UHGV virus genome: UHGV-0192935
Strand: one strand, 5' to 3'
Origin: a virus
Length of the DNA: 35,109 nucleotides
Both the position numbers and the translations under genes were made by a program. The notes under the pieces were generated by a model that worked only from the letters and a program-made list of their open reading frames with translations, did not search any database and was not told the DNA's origin. Below, piece by piece: positions 1 to 8,588 of the stretch (the first letter of the stretch is position 1; the number at the start of each line of letters is the position of its first letter).

Positions 1-2
1 AA

Positions 3-2003
3 ATGCAACCACAATGTAATGATTGGTTTTCTGCAAAGAAATTAGAAGGGCTGATAGGTCTTCCAAAATCCTCTAGCGCGATCTCTCGTAAAGCAAGGTT
101 AGAACAGTGGGTGTTTCGACAGATACACGGGGTAAGAGGAGTAGCCTATGAGTTTCATATCTCATCTTTACCAAAGGAAACGCAAGCTGCGTTATTGCTT
201 AGACAAGGAGAGATTGAAACAAGCATGGGCCGTTTTGAAATCGCCCGCCCCACGCTGGAAGCCCACGATTATGATCGCGAGGCGCTGTGGAGCAAATGGG
301 ATAACGCCAGCGATTCCCAGCGCAGACTTGCTGAAAAATGGTTGCCTGCGGTTCAGGCCGCAGACGAAATGCTGAACCAGGGGATTTCAACAAAAACGGC
401 TTTTGCGACCGTTGCAGGACATTACCAGGTCAGCGCATCCACTTTGCGTGACAAGTATTACCAGGTACAGAAGTTTGCGAAGCCTGACTGGGCGGCTGCT
501 CTTGTTGATGGACGTGGTGCATCCCGTCGCAATGTTCACAAAAGTGAATTTGACGAGGATGCCTGGCAGTTTCTGATTGCAGATTATCTGCGACCGGAAA
601 AACCCGCCTTCCGCAAATGTTATGAGCGTCTGGAACTGGCAGCCCGCGAGCATGGCTGGAGTATTCCCTCCCGTGCCACGGCCTTTCGCCGGATTCAGCA
701 ACTGAACGAGGCAATGGTTGTTGCCTGCCGTGAAGGTGAACATGCACTGATGCATCTGATACCGGCACAACAACGAACTGTGGAACACCTGGACGCCATG
801 CAGTGGATCAACGGCGACGGTTATCTGCATAACGTCTTTGTACGCTGGTTTAACGGTGATGTGATCCGCCCGAAAACATGGTTCTGGCAGGATGTGAAAA
901 CCCGAAAAATTCTGGGCTGGCGCTGCGATGTGAGCGAGAACATTGATTCAATTCGCCTCTCGTTCATGGATGTTGTGACTCGCTACGGTATCCCGGAGGA
1001 TTTTCACATCACCATTGATAACACCCGTGGTGCTGCGAATAAATGGCTGACGGGAGGCGCGCCCAATCGCTACCGCTTTAAGGTAAAAGAGGACGATCCA
1101 AAAGGACTGTTTTTACTGATGGGGGCGAAAATGCACTGGACAAGCGTTGTTGCCGGTAAAGGCTGGGGCCAGGCAAAACCTGTTGAACGTGCTTTCGGTG
1201 TTGGTGGGCTTGAGGAATACGTTGATAAGCATCCGGCACTGGCTGGCGCATATACGGGGCCTAATCCGCAGGCAAAACCTGATAACTATGGCGACCGCGC
1301 TGTTGATGCAGAGCTGTTTCTGAAAACCCTTGCCGAAGGTGTGGCGATGTTCAATGCCAGAACAGGCCGTGAAACAGAAATGTGCGGAGGCAAACTTTCG
1401 TTTGATGACGTTTTTGAGCGTGAATACGCCAGAACGATTGTGCGTAAGCCTACCGAAGAGCAAAAACGGATGCTGTTACTGCCTGCCGAGGCGGTGAACG
1501 TTTCACGTAAAGGCGAGTTCGCGCTTAAAGTTGGCGGCTCCCTTAAAGGTGCGAAAAACGTTTATTACAACATGGCGTTAATGAATGCCGGAGTGAAAAA
1601 AGTTGTGGTCAGATTTGATCCACAGCAGTTACACAGCACGGTTTATTGCTACACCCTGGACGGTCGGTTTATCTGTGAAGCGGAATGTCTGTCACCTGTT
1701 GCGTTTAATGATGCTGCGGCAGGCCGTGAATATCGCCGCCGCCAGAAACAACTGAAATCTGCGACGAAAGCAGCGATTAAGGCACAGAAACAAATGGATG
1801 CACTGGAAGTGGCAGAGCTGCTGCCGCAGATAGCCGAACCTGAAGCACCAGAATCACGAATTGTCGGCATTTTCCGGCCTTCCGGTAATATGGAACGGGT
1901 GAAGAATCAGGAGCGTGATGATGAATACGAAACTGAGCGTGATGAATATCTGAATCATTCGCTGGATATTCTGGAACAGAACAGACGTAAAAAAGCCATT
2001 TAA
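3..2003 (+). CDS. A: DDE transposase A (MuA-type); the first ~65 aa differ from classical Mu A (D108-like enhancer/operator-binding domain), the rest is recognisably Mu A
   Basis: 666-aa ORF from ATG at 3. Catalytic DDE context is visible ([26 protein letters not shown]). From residue ~60 onward ([12 protein letters not shown]...) it matches my recollection of Mu A. The window begins 2 nt before the ATG, so an upstream start cannot be excluded. Confidence 0.93.
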   Translation: MQPQCNDWFSAKKLEGLIGLPKSSSAISRKARLEQWVFRQIHGVRGVAYEFHISSLPKETQAALLLRQGEIETSMGRFEIARPTLEAHDYDREALWSKWDNASDSQRRLAEKWLPAVQAADEMLNQGISTKTAFATVAGHYQVSASTLRDKYYQVQKFAKPDWAAALVDGRGASRRNVHKSEFDEDAWQFLIADYLRPEKPAFRKCYERLELAAREHGWSIPSRATAFRRIQQLNEAMVVACREGEHALMHLIPAQQRTVEHLDAMQWINGDGYLHNVFVRWFNGDVIRPKTWFWQDVKTRKILGWRCDVSENIDSIRLSFMDVVTRYGIPEDFHITIDNTRGAANKWLTGGAPNRYRFKVKEDDPKGLFLLMGAKMHWTSVVAGKGWGQAKPVERAFGVGGLEEYVDKHPALAGAYTGPNPQAKPDNYGDRAVDAELFLKTLAEGVAMFNARTGRETEMCGGKLSFDDVFEREYARTIVRKPTEEQKRMLLLPAEAVNVSRKGEFALKVGGSLKGAKNVYYNMALMNAGVKKVVVRFDPQQLHSTVYCYTLDGRFICEAECLSPVAFNDAAAGREYRRRQKQLKSATKAAIKAQKQMDALEVAELLPQIAEPEAPESRIVGIFRPSGNMERVKNQERDDEYETERDEYLNHSLDILEQNRRKKAI

Positions 2004-2041
2004 TTAACGTTTAAACAAAATTTAATTACGAGGTTATTCAG

Positions 2042-2980
2042 ATGAATATTTCCGATATTCGCGCAGGACTGCGCACGCTTGTAGAAAATGAAGAAACCAC
2101 CTTTAAACAAATTGCTCTTGAGAGCGGACTTTCTACCGGAACTATCAGTAGTTTTATCAATGATAAGTACAACGGGGATAACGAGCGTGTTTCACAAATT
2201 CTGCAACGCTGGCTGGAAAAATATCATGCAGTTGCAGAACTACCTGAACCGCCCCGCTTTGTGGAAACGCAGACGGTAAAACAAATCTGGACAAGTATGC
2301 GTTTTGCCAGCCTGACTGAAAGTATTGCTGTTGTATGTGGCAATCCTGGTGTGGGCAAAACCGAAGCGGCCCGTGAATATCGCCGCACCAATAACAATGT
2401 CTGGATGATCACCATTACGCCATCCTGTGCCAGCGTTCTGGAATGTCTTACTGAACTGGCGTTTGAGCTGGGAATGAATGACGCACCACGCCGTAAAGGG
2501 CCGCTCTCCCGCGCCCTGCGACGTCGCCTTGAAGGTACACAGGGGCTGGTTATCATCGACGAAGCTGATCATCTTGGTGCCGAAGTTCTGGAAGAACTCC
2601 GCCTGTTACAGGAATCAACCCGTATTGGCCTTGTGCTGATGGGAAATCACCGGGTTTATTCAAATATGACGGGGGGTAACAGAACGGTTGAATTTGCCCG
2701 TCTGTTTTCCCGTATTGCAAAGCGCACTGCAATTAATAAAACAAAAAAAGCCGATGTAAAAGCTATTGCGGATGCCTGGCAGATTAACGGCGAAAAAGAA
2801 CTGGAGTTATTACAGCAGATTGCGCAGAAACCAGGTGCGCTTCGCATTCTGAATCATTCACTTCGCCTTGCCGCCATGACGGCTCACGGTAAAGGTGAGC
2901 GTGTTAACGAAGATTATCTGCGTCAGGCTTTCCGTGAATTAGACCTGGACGTTGATATTTCAACGCTGCTGCGTAATTAA
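2042..2980 (+). CDS. B: Transposition target-DNA activator MuB (AAA+ ATPase)
   Basis: 312 aa. Walker A GNPGVGKT and Walker B LVIIDEADHL are present. GAGG SD 8 nt upstream. It sits immediately after A, as in Mu. Confidence 0.93.
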   Translation: MNISDIRAGLRTLVENEETTFKQIALESGLSTGTISSFINDKYNGDNERVSQILQRWLEKYHAVAELPEPPRFVETQTVKQIWTSMRFASLTESIAVVCGNPGVGKTEAAREYRRTNNNVWMITITPSCASVLECLTELAFELGMNDAPRRKGPLSRALRRRLEGTQGLVIIDEADHLGAEVLEELRLLQESTRIGLVLMGNHRVYSNMTGGNRTVEFARLFSRIAKRTAINKTKKADVKAIADAWQINGEKELELLQQIAQKPGALRILNHSLRLAAMTAHGKGERVNEDYLRQAFRELDLDVDISTLLRN

Positions 2981-2995
2981 GAAGGAGAAGAAATT

Positions 2996-3223
2996 ATGAT
3001 GGCCCGAAATATAAAAATGGCAACGGATGCGCAGAACTGGTTACAGGCGCGCGGGAGTCATGTAAATGAATCATATCTCGGCGTGGCGCGTCCGATTCTT
3101 GAAATCACTTACCCACCGGTGGAACTGGTAAAAAGCGCGGTCAGAATTATGGAGCATAAGTCCGGGGTGGCCCGTTCTGTATGGACGGCCCGTCTTAATG
3201 GTTGCCAGATTATCTGGAGATAA
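2996..3223 (+). CDS. kil: Small early protein, probable Kil (host cell-division inhibitor) by position
   Basis: 75-aa ORF with GGAGAAG SD, the first ORF after B as kil is in Mu. Assigned by synteny only; I do not recognise the sequence itself. Confidence 0.55.
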   Translation: MMARNIKMATDAQNWLQARGSHVNESYLGVARPILEITYPPVELVKSAVRIMEHKSGVARSVWTARLNGCQIIWR

Positions 3224-3225
3224 CG

Positions 3226-3456
3226 ATGTGTATTAAAGCTGAAAAATATATTGAATGGGTTAAACACTGTCAGTGCCACGGGGTGCCGCTGACGACATAT
3301 AAATGCCCCGGATGTGGTGAACAGATTATGACGCAATGCTCACCCGAAAAGGAAATTCGGGATTCCCTGACATGTTGTCCGTGGTGCAGCGCGGTTTTCT
3401 TTAAGCAGGTAAAAGGCGCGAAGGTAAAAGCCAGCGCAGTTATTCAGAATCAATAA
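3226..3456 (+). CDS. Cys-rich zinc-ribbon-like early protein (76 aa)
   Basis: ATG at 3226 follows the kil stop (3221-3223) by 2 nt and a GGAGA SD. CPGC...CCPWC motifs. I prefer 3226 to the track start 3202 because of the SD and coupling. Confidence 0.65.
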   Translation: MCIKAEKYIEWVKHCQCHGVPLTTYKCPGCGEQIMTQCSPEKEIRDSLTCCPWCSAVFFKQVKGAKVKASAVIQNQ

Positions 3457-3467
3457 GGAGAAACAAA

Positions 3468-3737
3468 ATGGCAAAGGTTATCTTTGAGTTTACATGGCTG
3501 GAAAGTAGTGACGGTTGCAATGGGCGCAGAGAAGTTCTGGATGCAAAAGCATGTCTTGCAGATATCTCGCCAACGGAAAATACCGGGCCTCATGATTTAC
3601 TGGCAAATATCGTCCTGACTATGGCTCCTGAAATTATTAAAAAGGCCAAAGATGAGATGCTGACCACTATGAAGAAAGTGGGTATGGAAGCTGAATGTGA
3701 TTTAGTACCACATCCGGTGAATGCGGTTAAACATTAA
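3468..3737 (+). CDS. Hypothetical early protein (89 aa)
   Basis: AAGGAGA SD then ATG. Tightly packed in the early operon. Confidence 0.65.
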   Translation: MAKVIFEFTWLESSDGCNGRREVLDAKACLADISPTENTGPHDLLANIVLTMAPEIIKKAKDEMLTTMKKVGMEAECDLVPHPVNAVKH

Positions 3738-3757
3738 TTCGCAAAGGAACGCTGACA

Positions 3758-4177
3758 ATGAACGTCAAAATCCGAAATGAAATTCAGGCATTAATCCGAA
3801 TTCAGGAACGCAATAACAACGGTGGTGAATTACGCGAGTTTATTTGCGCCCGAAAAGTTGATGATTGTGGTGAAAAGACTTACCTGATTGCTTTCGACCA
3901 TTACAGCATCTGTGCGCGTTATTGCGGCGAAAGCATATCCCGCGCCATTGCATTTGGCGGTGCGTTCAACGTGGATTTATGGGAGTACGTCATGGACCGG
4001 GAATACATCTGCGCATCAGACCCTGAAGCCCGTGAAATGTGGCAGCGTATCTGGCGCGATTACCGGTTAATGGCAAAAGGCTGGGCGCGCTGCTGTTATT
4101 CCTCGCTTGCCCTGAAAGCGGTTCAGTTATCGCTGCGGCATATTCCGGCATCACTGCGCGAGCCTCTGCTGTACTGA
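3758..4177 (+). CDS. Hypothetical early protein (139 aa), Cys-containing
   Basis: AAGGAA SD then ATG. The stop is followed 1 nt later by the next start (coupled). Confidence 0.65.
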   Translation: MNVKIRNEIQALIRIQERNNNGGELREFICARKVDDCGEKTYLIAFDHYSICARYCGESISRAIAFGGAFNVDLWEYVMDREYICASDPEAREMWQRIWRDYRLMAKGWARCCYSSLALKAVQLSLRHIPASLREPLLY

Positions 4178-4477
4178 ATGGTGGCTGACATGAAGTGTAA
4201 TCGTAAGCGCTGGTCACGCGAAGACCGGGAATTTATCGAAGCCAACGTCGGGAAAATGACCGTTGAAGAAATGGCGGAAAAACTGAAAGTCGCCACAACC
4301 GCCCTCCGGGCACATGCCAGAAGGCACGGAATATCATTGTGTGTATACCGAATCAGTGAACACGACAAATATTTATGTCGTGAACTTTATAAAGAAGGAC
4401 TGGATATTCATGTCATTGCCCGAAAGATGGAATTAAGCAATCGAGCTGTATCCAGCATTGTATACGGCGGATATTAA
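4178..4477 (+). CDS. Small early protein with a GcrA-like N-terminal HTH pattern (99 aa)
   Basis: ATG at 4178 directly follows the upstream stop. The segment RWSREDREFIEANVGKMTVEEMAEKLKVATTALRAHARRHGIS resembles the W..E..LL...G.S..IA..LG.T.NAV.GK.HRLG pattern of GcrA-type DNA-binding domains. This is an inference from motif only. Confidence 0.6.
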   Translation: MVADMKCNRKRWSREDREFIEANVGKMTVEEMAEKLKVATTALRAHARRHGISLCVYRISEHDKYLCRELYKEGLDIHVIARKMELSNRAVSSIVYGGY

Positions 4478-4496
4478 TTAACAGGAGCTTTAATTT

Positions 4497-5021
4497 ATGG
4501 CTAAACCAGCAAAACGTATCAAAAGTGCCGCAGCGGCTTATGTGCCACAAAACCGCGATGCGGTGATTACCGATATTAAACGCATCGGGGATTTACAGCG
4601 CGAAGCATCACGTCTGGAAACGGAAATGAATGATGCCATCGCGGAAATTACGGAGAAATTTGCAGCCCGGATTGCACCGATTAAAACCGATATTGAAACC
4701 CTTTCAAAAGGCGTTCAGGGATGGTGTGAAGCGAACCGCGACGAACTGACGAACGGCGGCAAAGTGAAGACGGCGAATCTTGTCACCGGTGATGTATCGT
4801 GGCGGGTCCGTCCACCATCAGTAAGTATTCGTGGTATGGATGCAGTGATGGAAACGCTGGAGCGCCTTGGCCTGCAACGCTTTATTCGCACGAAGCAGGA
4901 AATCAACAAGGAGGCGATTTTACTGGAACCAAAAGCCGTCGCAGGTGTTGCCGGAATTACGGTTAAATCGGGAATTGAAGATTTTTCCATTATTCCATTT
5001 GAACAGGAAGCCGGTATTTAA
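4497..5021 (+). CDS. gam: Gam host-nuclease inhibitor (Ku-like dsDNA-end binding protein)
   Basis: 174 aa. The sequence MAKPAKRIKSAAAAYVPQNRDAVITDIKRIGDLQREASRLETEMNDAIAEITEKF... matches Mu Gam as I recall it. GGAG SD upstream. Confidence 0.93.
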   Translation: MAKPAKRIKSAAAAYVPQNRDAVITDIKRIGDLQREASRLETEMNDAIAEITEKFAARIAPIKTDIETLSKGVQGWCEANRDELTNGGKVKTANLVTGDVSWRVRPPSVSIRGMDAVMETLERLGLQRFIRTKQEINKEAILLEPKAVAGVAGITVKSGIEDFSIIPFEQEAGI

Positions 5022-5119
5022 TACCACCATTAATATTTAATTAATTCACATTCTTTTAATTATGGCGCGATGCGTCAGGGGATTGCTCGCGCCTGAAACA
5101 GATTACTGAGGAATAAAAC

Positions 5120-5650
5120 ATGGTTGATGCAAAAATTCTGAATGGTGTCAGCACATTATTACGGGCTTACGGACGCCTGACCTGCGGGGTTCTGGCTGAA
5201 AAAATGCAGATGCCATCCTCCGCGATGGTGTACTTCCTGCGTGATGCGGTTGATGCCGGAATGCTGACTGAACTTAATGGTTTTTACGACGTACCGCGTC
5301 CCCGTACAGAGCAGCCTGTAAGACGAAACACAACTGAGCAGCCTGCTGTTGATGATGCGGTGTGGTGCAACTGGCGTCGCTCATTACCCTGGGTGGAAGG
5401 TAATACTATCCCCGCGCTGGCAAAAGAGTTTGCAACAGGCGTGCTGACCTGTGAGTCCGTTCACATCGTTGCAGAAGTGGATGACGAGATGTGCAAACAG
5501 GGAATGCCCCGTTTTGTGATGGCTTATATCGATATCCGGCTGGGGCGGTTTATTTGCAGTTCAAGCGCCTGGAATATCACCGACCATGTACTGCGTTATC
5601 TCATTCTTGATTGTTCTCCGGCTCCCGCAGCGGTGCAGGAGGTGGCGTGA
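5120..5650 (+). CDS. Hypothetical early protein (176 aa)
   Basis: GAGGAA SD 6 nt upstream of the ATG. Follows an AT-rich 98-bp spacer after gam. Confidence 0.65.
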   Translation: MVDAKILNGVSTLLRAYGRLTCGVLAEKMQMPSSAMVYFLRDAVDAGMLTELNGFYDVPRPRTEQPVRRNTTEQPAVDDAVWCNWRRSLPWVEGNTIPALAKEFATGVLTCESVHIVAEVDDEMCKQGMPRFVMAYIDIRLGRFICSSSAWNITDHVLRYLILDCSPAPAAVQEVA

Positions 5651-6180
5651 TGTTTTTTAAAACGTCAAATCCCGCAGCACTGCTGGCATGGGACCAGTTT
5701 ATGGCGGACTGCCTGAAACTACGCGAAGAAGCCCGCCATCTTGATAAGGTTCTGGGCTGTGGTTGCCGGTCAGTATTCAGCACAGGTATTGGTGGGCGTC
5801 ATTTTCATGGCGTGAATTTTCCGGGGAATGAGCGCCCCTTCTCGCGGGAGCTGTGGACCGTACAACGGCCCGCATCAGGTAACAGTTGCAGGCCCAGAAC
5901 TTCGCGGATACCTGCTCATCTCAGGGAGCAGGCAAGAGAGCTGGCGAAAATATGGCAGGAGAATATTCCGGTCACTTACGCCCGCACAGATGCTCTCTTA
6001 CCCGCACTGGGACTGGATTTCAGCGCAACAATATTCGGACCTCTCCAGTGGTTCCGTGTTGGTGATGTGATTTACGTCATGACGGGGATGACACCCGCAC
6101 AAGGCCGCATGACTGAAATCCTTTCGGACGAATTTATCCGGGCGCAAAAACAGGCAGAGGTAAACAATGGAAAACAGTGA
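5650..6180 (+). CDS. Hypothetical early protein (176 aa)
   Basis: ATG at 5650 overlaps the upstream TGA (TGATG coupling). The track ORF begins at 5611, but 5650 is the first ATG and is coupled. Confidence 0.6.
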   Translation: MFFKTSNPAALLAWDQFMADCLKLREEARHLDKVLGCGCRSVFSTGIGGRHFHGVNFPGNERPFSRELWTVQRPASGNSCRPRTSRIPAHLREQARELAKIWQENIPVTYARTDALLPALGLDFSATIFGPLQWFRVGDVIYVMTGMTPAQGRMTEILSDEFIRAQKQAEVNNGKQ

Positions 6181-6358
6181 AACATCGTATTCGTGGCTGG
6201 GGAAATTTACCACGGTGAAACAGGAATGCCCGACCTGCGGTAATGAATCCCCTGAATATCTGAAAGAGTGCCCTCATTGTGGCAGGCAGAAATGCAACCA
6301 CTGCGATATGGGCGATGACACGGCGTGCATGAATTGTGAAGGTGAACAGAATGAATAA
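6167..6358 (+). CDS. Small double zinc-ribbon protein (63 aa)
   Basis: Four CxxC pairs (CPTC, CPHC, CNHC, CMNC). Overlaps the upstream stop. Confidence 0.65.
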   Translation: MENSETSYSWLGKFTTVKQECPTCGNESPEYLKECPHCGRQKCNHCDMGDDTACMNCEGEQNE

Positions 6359-6659
6359 TGGCGTATTTACAAAATCCGAGGAGCTGACAGCGTTGTTGAC
6401 GGCGGCTGGTTTTCCTGAAGATGTGATCGGTAACTTTGTGGCGGCGGTATATGCCCCGTCTTATAACCGTGCAATTGATGAGGTCATGGCGTACCGACTC
6501 GGCATTGTTGCTGAGTCACTGAGTCCTCACTGGATTATTGAAAATCTCCGCGCTATTGCTGATGGCAACGATAAATCAGCAGCCGTTGCTGCACTGGATG
6601 TGTTACGGCAAATGAGTCTGAAATTTTATCCTGAATTTATTCTGAGGACCGCAAAATGA
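6351..6659 (+). CDS. Hypothetical early protein (102 aa)
   Basis: ATG at 6351 overlaps the upstream gene end (coupled). The track ORF start 6336 is in the same frame. Confidence 0.6.
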   Translation: MNNGVFTKSEELTALLTAAGFPEDVIGNFVAAVYAPSYNRAIDEVMAYRLGIVAESLSPHWIIENLRAIADGNDKSAAVAALDVLRQMSLKFYPEFILRTAK

Positions 6660-6958
6660 ACAATGAAGATAAATTTACACCCCTTAATATTGATAACGTC
6701 ATGGCTGAAAAAAGGATGCTGGAACGTGTTCGCGCTATCGTTGAATATGGTATTAAGCACGCTCTCACTGCCAGAGAAGTTCGTGACATTATCAACCGCG
6801 AAATGAATCGTCTGGAAACAGTAGTGGCACTGCAAAATGAAACAGCCCGCGAGGAGTACATCCGCCGCAGGCTGGGGTTATCAGACCAGGATATTGTTAC
6901 TGACGCTCATGTATTTGAGGCTTTTGAGATCCGTCAGCATCTGGGTCTAACGAACTGA
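6656..6958 (+). CDS. Hypothetical early protein (100 aa)
   Basis: GAGGA SD then ATG at 6656, overlapping the upstream stop (ATGA). Confidence 0.65.
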   Translation: MNNEDKFTPLNIDNVMAEKRMLERVRAIVEYGIKHALTAREVRDIINREMNRLETVVALQNETAREEYIRRRLGLSDQDIVTDAHVFEAFEIRQHLGLTN

Positions 6959-7163
6959 TAATGTCTTCCATGATCTTTGACAGTTGCAGTTTTTCGCGGC
7001 GGCTTGTTCTCATTGCAGGCGCATCTTTTAAAATCTCTGCTGAAGAGCTGAAAATGGCTTTGCCCTCTTCTGCGGTGATGATCGCCTTCTTCACCAGAAG
7101 GCGCACCAGTGCTGATGCAATCGCATAACCTGCAACATCATAAGGTTGTACATTATTTTCCAT
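6897..7163 (-). CDS. Candidate opposite-strand small protein (88 aa), function unknown
   Basis: ATG (complement of 7161-7163) preceded by GAGAGGA plus a 5-nt spacer on the - strand. 88 codons with enterobacterial-looking codon usage. Lies in the 275-bp gap before gemA and overlaps the 3' end of the convergent + gene by 62 nt. Could still be a shadow ORF. Confidence 0.4.
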   Translation of the reverse strand: MENNVQPYDVAGYAIASALVRLLVKKAIITAEEGKAIFSSSAEILKDAPAMRTSRREKLQLSKIMEDIISSLDPDADGSQKPQIHERQ

Positions 7164-7232
7164 AAAATCCTCTCTGATTGATGTGTAAATTCAGGCGGTG
7201 TTGCAGCACCGCCTCTTTCCGGAGGTACGATC

Positions 7233-7784
7233 ATGAATCGCACATCCCTGATTAAATTAATCCATGTCGCCCGTCGGGAGCTACAACTCGACGACGACAC
7301 TTACCGCGCTTTTCTGATGCAGAAAACGGGCAAAATCAGTTGCTGCGAGCTGACTGTTACGCAACTGGAACAGGTGCTCGATGCCATGAAAGAACGCGGC
7401 TTTAAGAAGCTGAATAAACACCCACGCCGTCGCTTTAAGGGGCATGTCACACCCCGCGAGAAGGTCTATAAAGTCTGGCAGCAGATGACAGAAGATGGGT
7501 TTATTACCGACGGCAGTGATGTGGCGCTGGACAGATATGTTCAACGCCTGACCGCGAAACGCAACGGCGGACAGGGTGTTTCCACACTGGCGTGGTGTCA
7601 TGGCGACACGCTGCTGACAGTTCTCGAAACACTCAAGCAGTGGCACATCCGCTGTATTCGTGAAGCCTTTTCCCGTCACGGGCTTCCGTTGCCGGTCAGT
7701 CCGTCCGGGCGTGAACTGCGCGGCTATGATGCCATGACGGCGGCTTATGCCCATGCCAGAAAGACACGGAGGATGGCACAATGA
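7233..7784 (+). CDS. gemA: GemA (gene expression modulator, Mu gp16)
   Basis: 183 aa. GGAGG SD 7 nt upstream. Position immediately before mor; size and sequence are consistent with Mu GemA. Confidence 0.85.
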   Translation: MNRTSLIKLIHVARRELQLDDDTYRAFLMQKTGKISCCELTVTQLEQVLDAMKERGFKKLNKHPRRRFKGHVTPREKVYKVWQQMTEDGFITDGSDVALDRYVQRLTAKRNGGQGVSTLAWCHGDTLLTVLETLKQWHIRCIREAFSRHGLPLPVSPSGRELRGYDAMTAAYAHARKTRRMAQ

Positions 7785-8170
7785 CGGAAGATTTATTTGG
7801 TGATTTGCAGGATGACACCATTCTGGCACATCTTGACAATCCCGCAGAGGATACGTCACGCTTTCCGGCACTGCTGGCGGAGCTGAACGATTTACTGCGC
7901 GGGGAATTGTCCCGGCTGGGTGTTGATCCTGCCCATTCACTGGAGATTGTTGTGGCTATCTGTAAGCATCTGGGCGGTGGTCAGGTCTACATTCCACGCG
8001 GTCAGGTTCTGGACTCGCTGATTCGGGATTTGCGTATCTGGAATGATTTTAACGGTCGCAACGTCAGCGAACTGACCACCCGTTATGGTGTCACTTTCAA
8101 CACGGTTTACAAGGCTATTCGCCGGATGCGACGGCTGAAATACCGCCAGTACCAGCCCTCACTTCTGTAA
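7781..8170 (+). CDS. mor: Mor, middle operon regulator (activator of Pm)
   Basis: 129 aa. ATGA overlap with the gemA stop, GGAGGA SD. Matches Mu Mor in length and sequence as recalled. Confidence 0.9.
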   Translation: MTEDLFGDLQDDTILAHLDNPAEDTSRFPALLAELNDLLRGELSRLGVDPAHSLEIVVAICKHLGGGQVYIPRGQVLDSLIRDLRIWNDFNGRNVSELTTRYGVTFNTVYKAIRRMRRLKYRQYQPSLL

Positions 8171-8175
8171 ACAGT

Positions 8176-8200
8176 AAAGCCGGTTAATCCGGCTTTTTTT
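8176..8200 (+). terminator. Rho-independent terminator at the end of the early operon (Mu t9.2 equivalent)
   Basis: Stem aaagccgg / ccggcttt with a ttaat loop, followed by a 7-T run, starting 6 nt after the mor stop. Confidence 0.8.
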
Positions 8201-8247
8201 ACGTCCTCAATATCCTGTGATGAATAACCGTACCGGGGGAAATCATC

Positions 8248-8478
8248 ATGGGTAAAGGCTGGAATGCATCCTTTCATCTTGGCAGACGTGAGCGGCTGTG
8301 TCAGGAGGTTTTGCACCGTGTCGCCGGTGGGCCACGGCCTGCGCCCCGCGACTATACCGGTCATGATGGCACCCACGGAAGTTATTACATGAAAGGATGG
8401 CAGTCGGTTGATATGCCGGAAATTCTTCACCACTGTCAACGTTATAAGGAAAAATATTGTGTACAGAAAATTCAGTGA
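8248..8478 (+). CDS. Hypothetical 76-aa ORF in the middle-transcript leader
   Basis: ATG preceded by accgggggaaa, the same 11-nt module that precedes the C start. Coding status uncertain. Confidence 0.35.
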   Translation: MGKGWNASFHLGRRERLCQEVLHRVAGGPRPAPRDYTGHDGTHGSYYMKGWQSVDMPEILHHCQRYKEKYCVQKIQ

Positions 8479-8588
8479 TGAATGTTTCGGGCCATTCGCG
8501 CTGCTCACCGCAATAAAAGTGATCGCCCTGGTGGTTCTGATAAGCATCAGTGCCGTGGTGTCTTTCTGTCTGTTAACCGGGGGAAAAT

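Noticed and set aside
5611-5650. Upstream extension (from 5611) of the 5650-6180 ORF
   Set aside because: The extension begins at a non-ATG codon inside the previous gene, whereas ATG 5650 is coupled to the upstream stop (TGATG).
7281-7940. 219-aa ORF on the - strand spanning gemA and mor
   Set aside because: Lies entirely antisense to two well-supported, SD-equipped + strand genes and has no SD of its own; a typical shadow ORF in GC-rich coding sequence.
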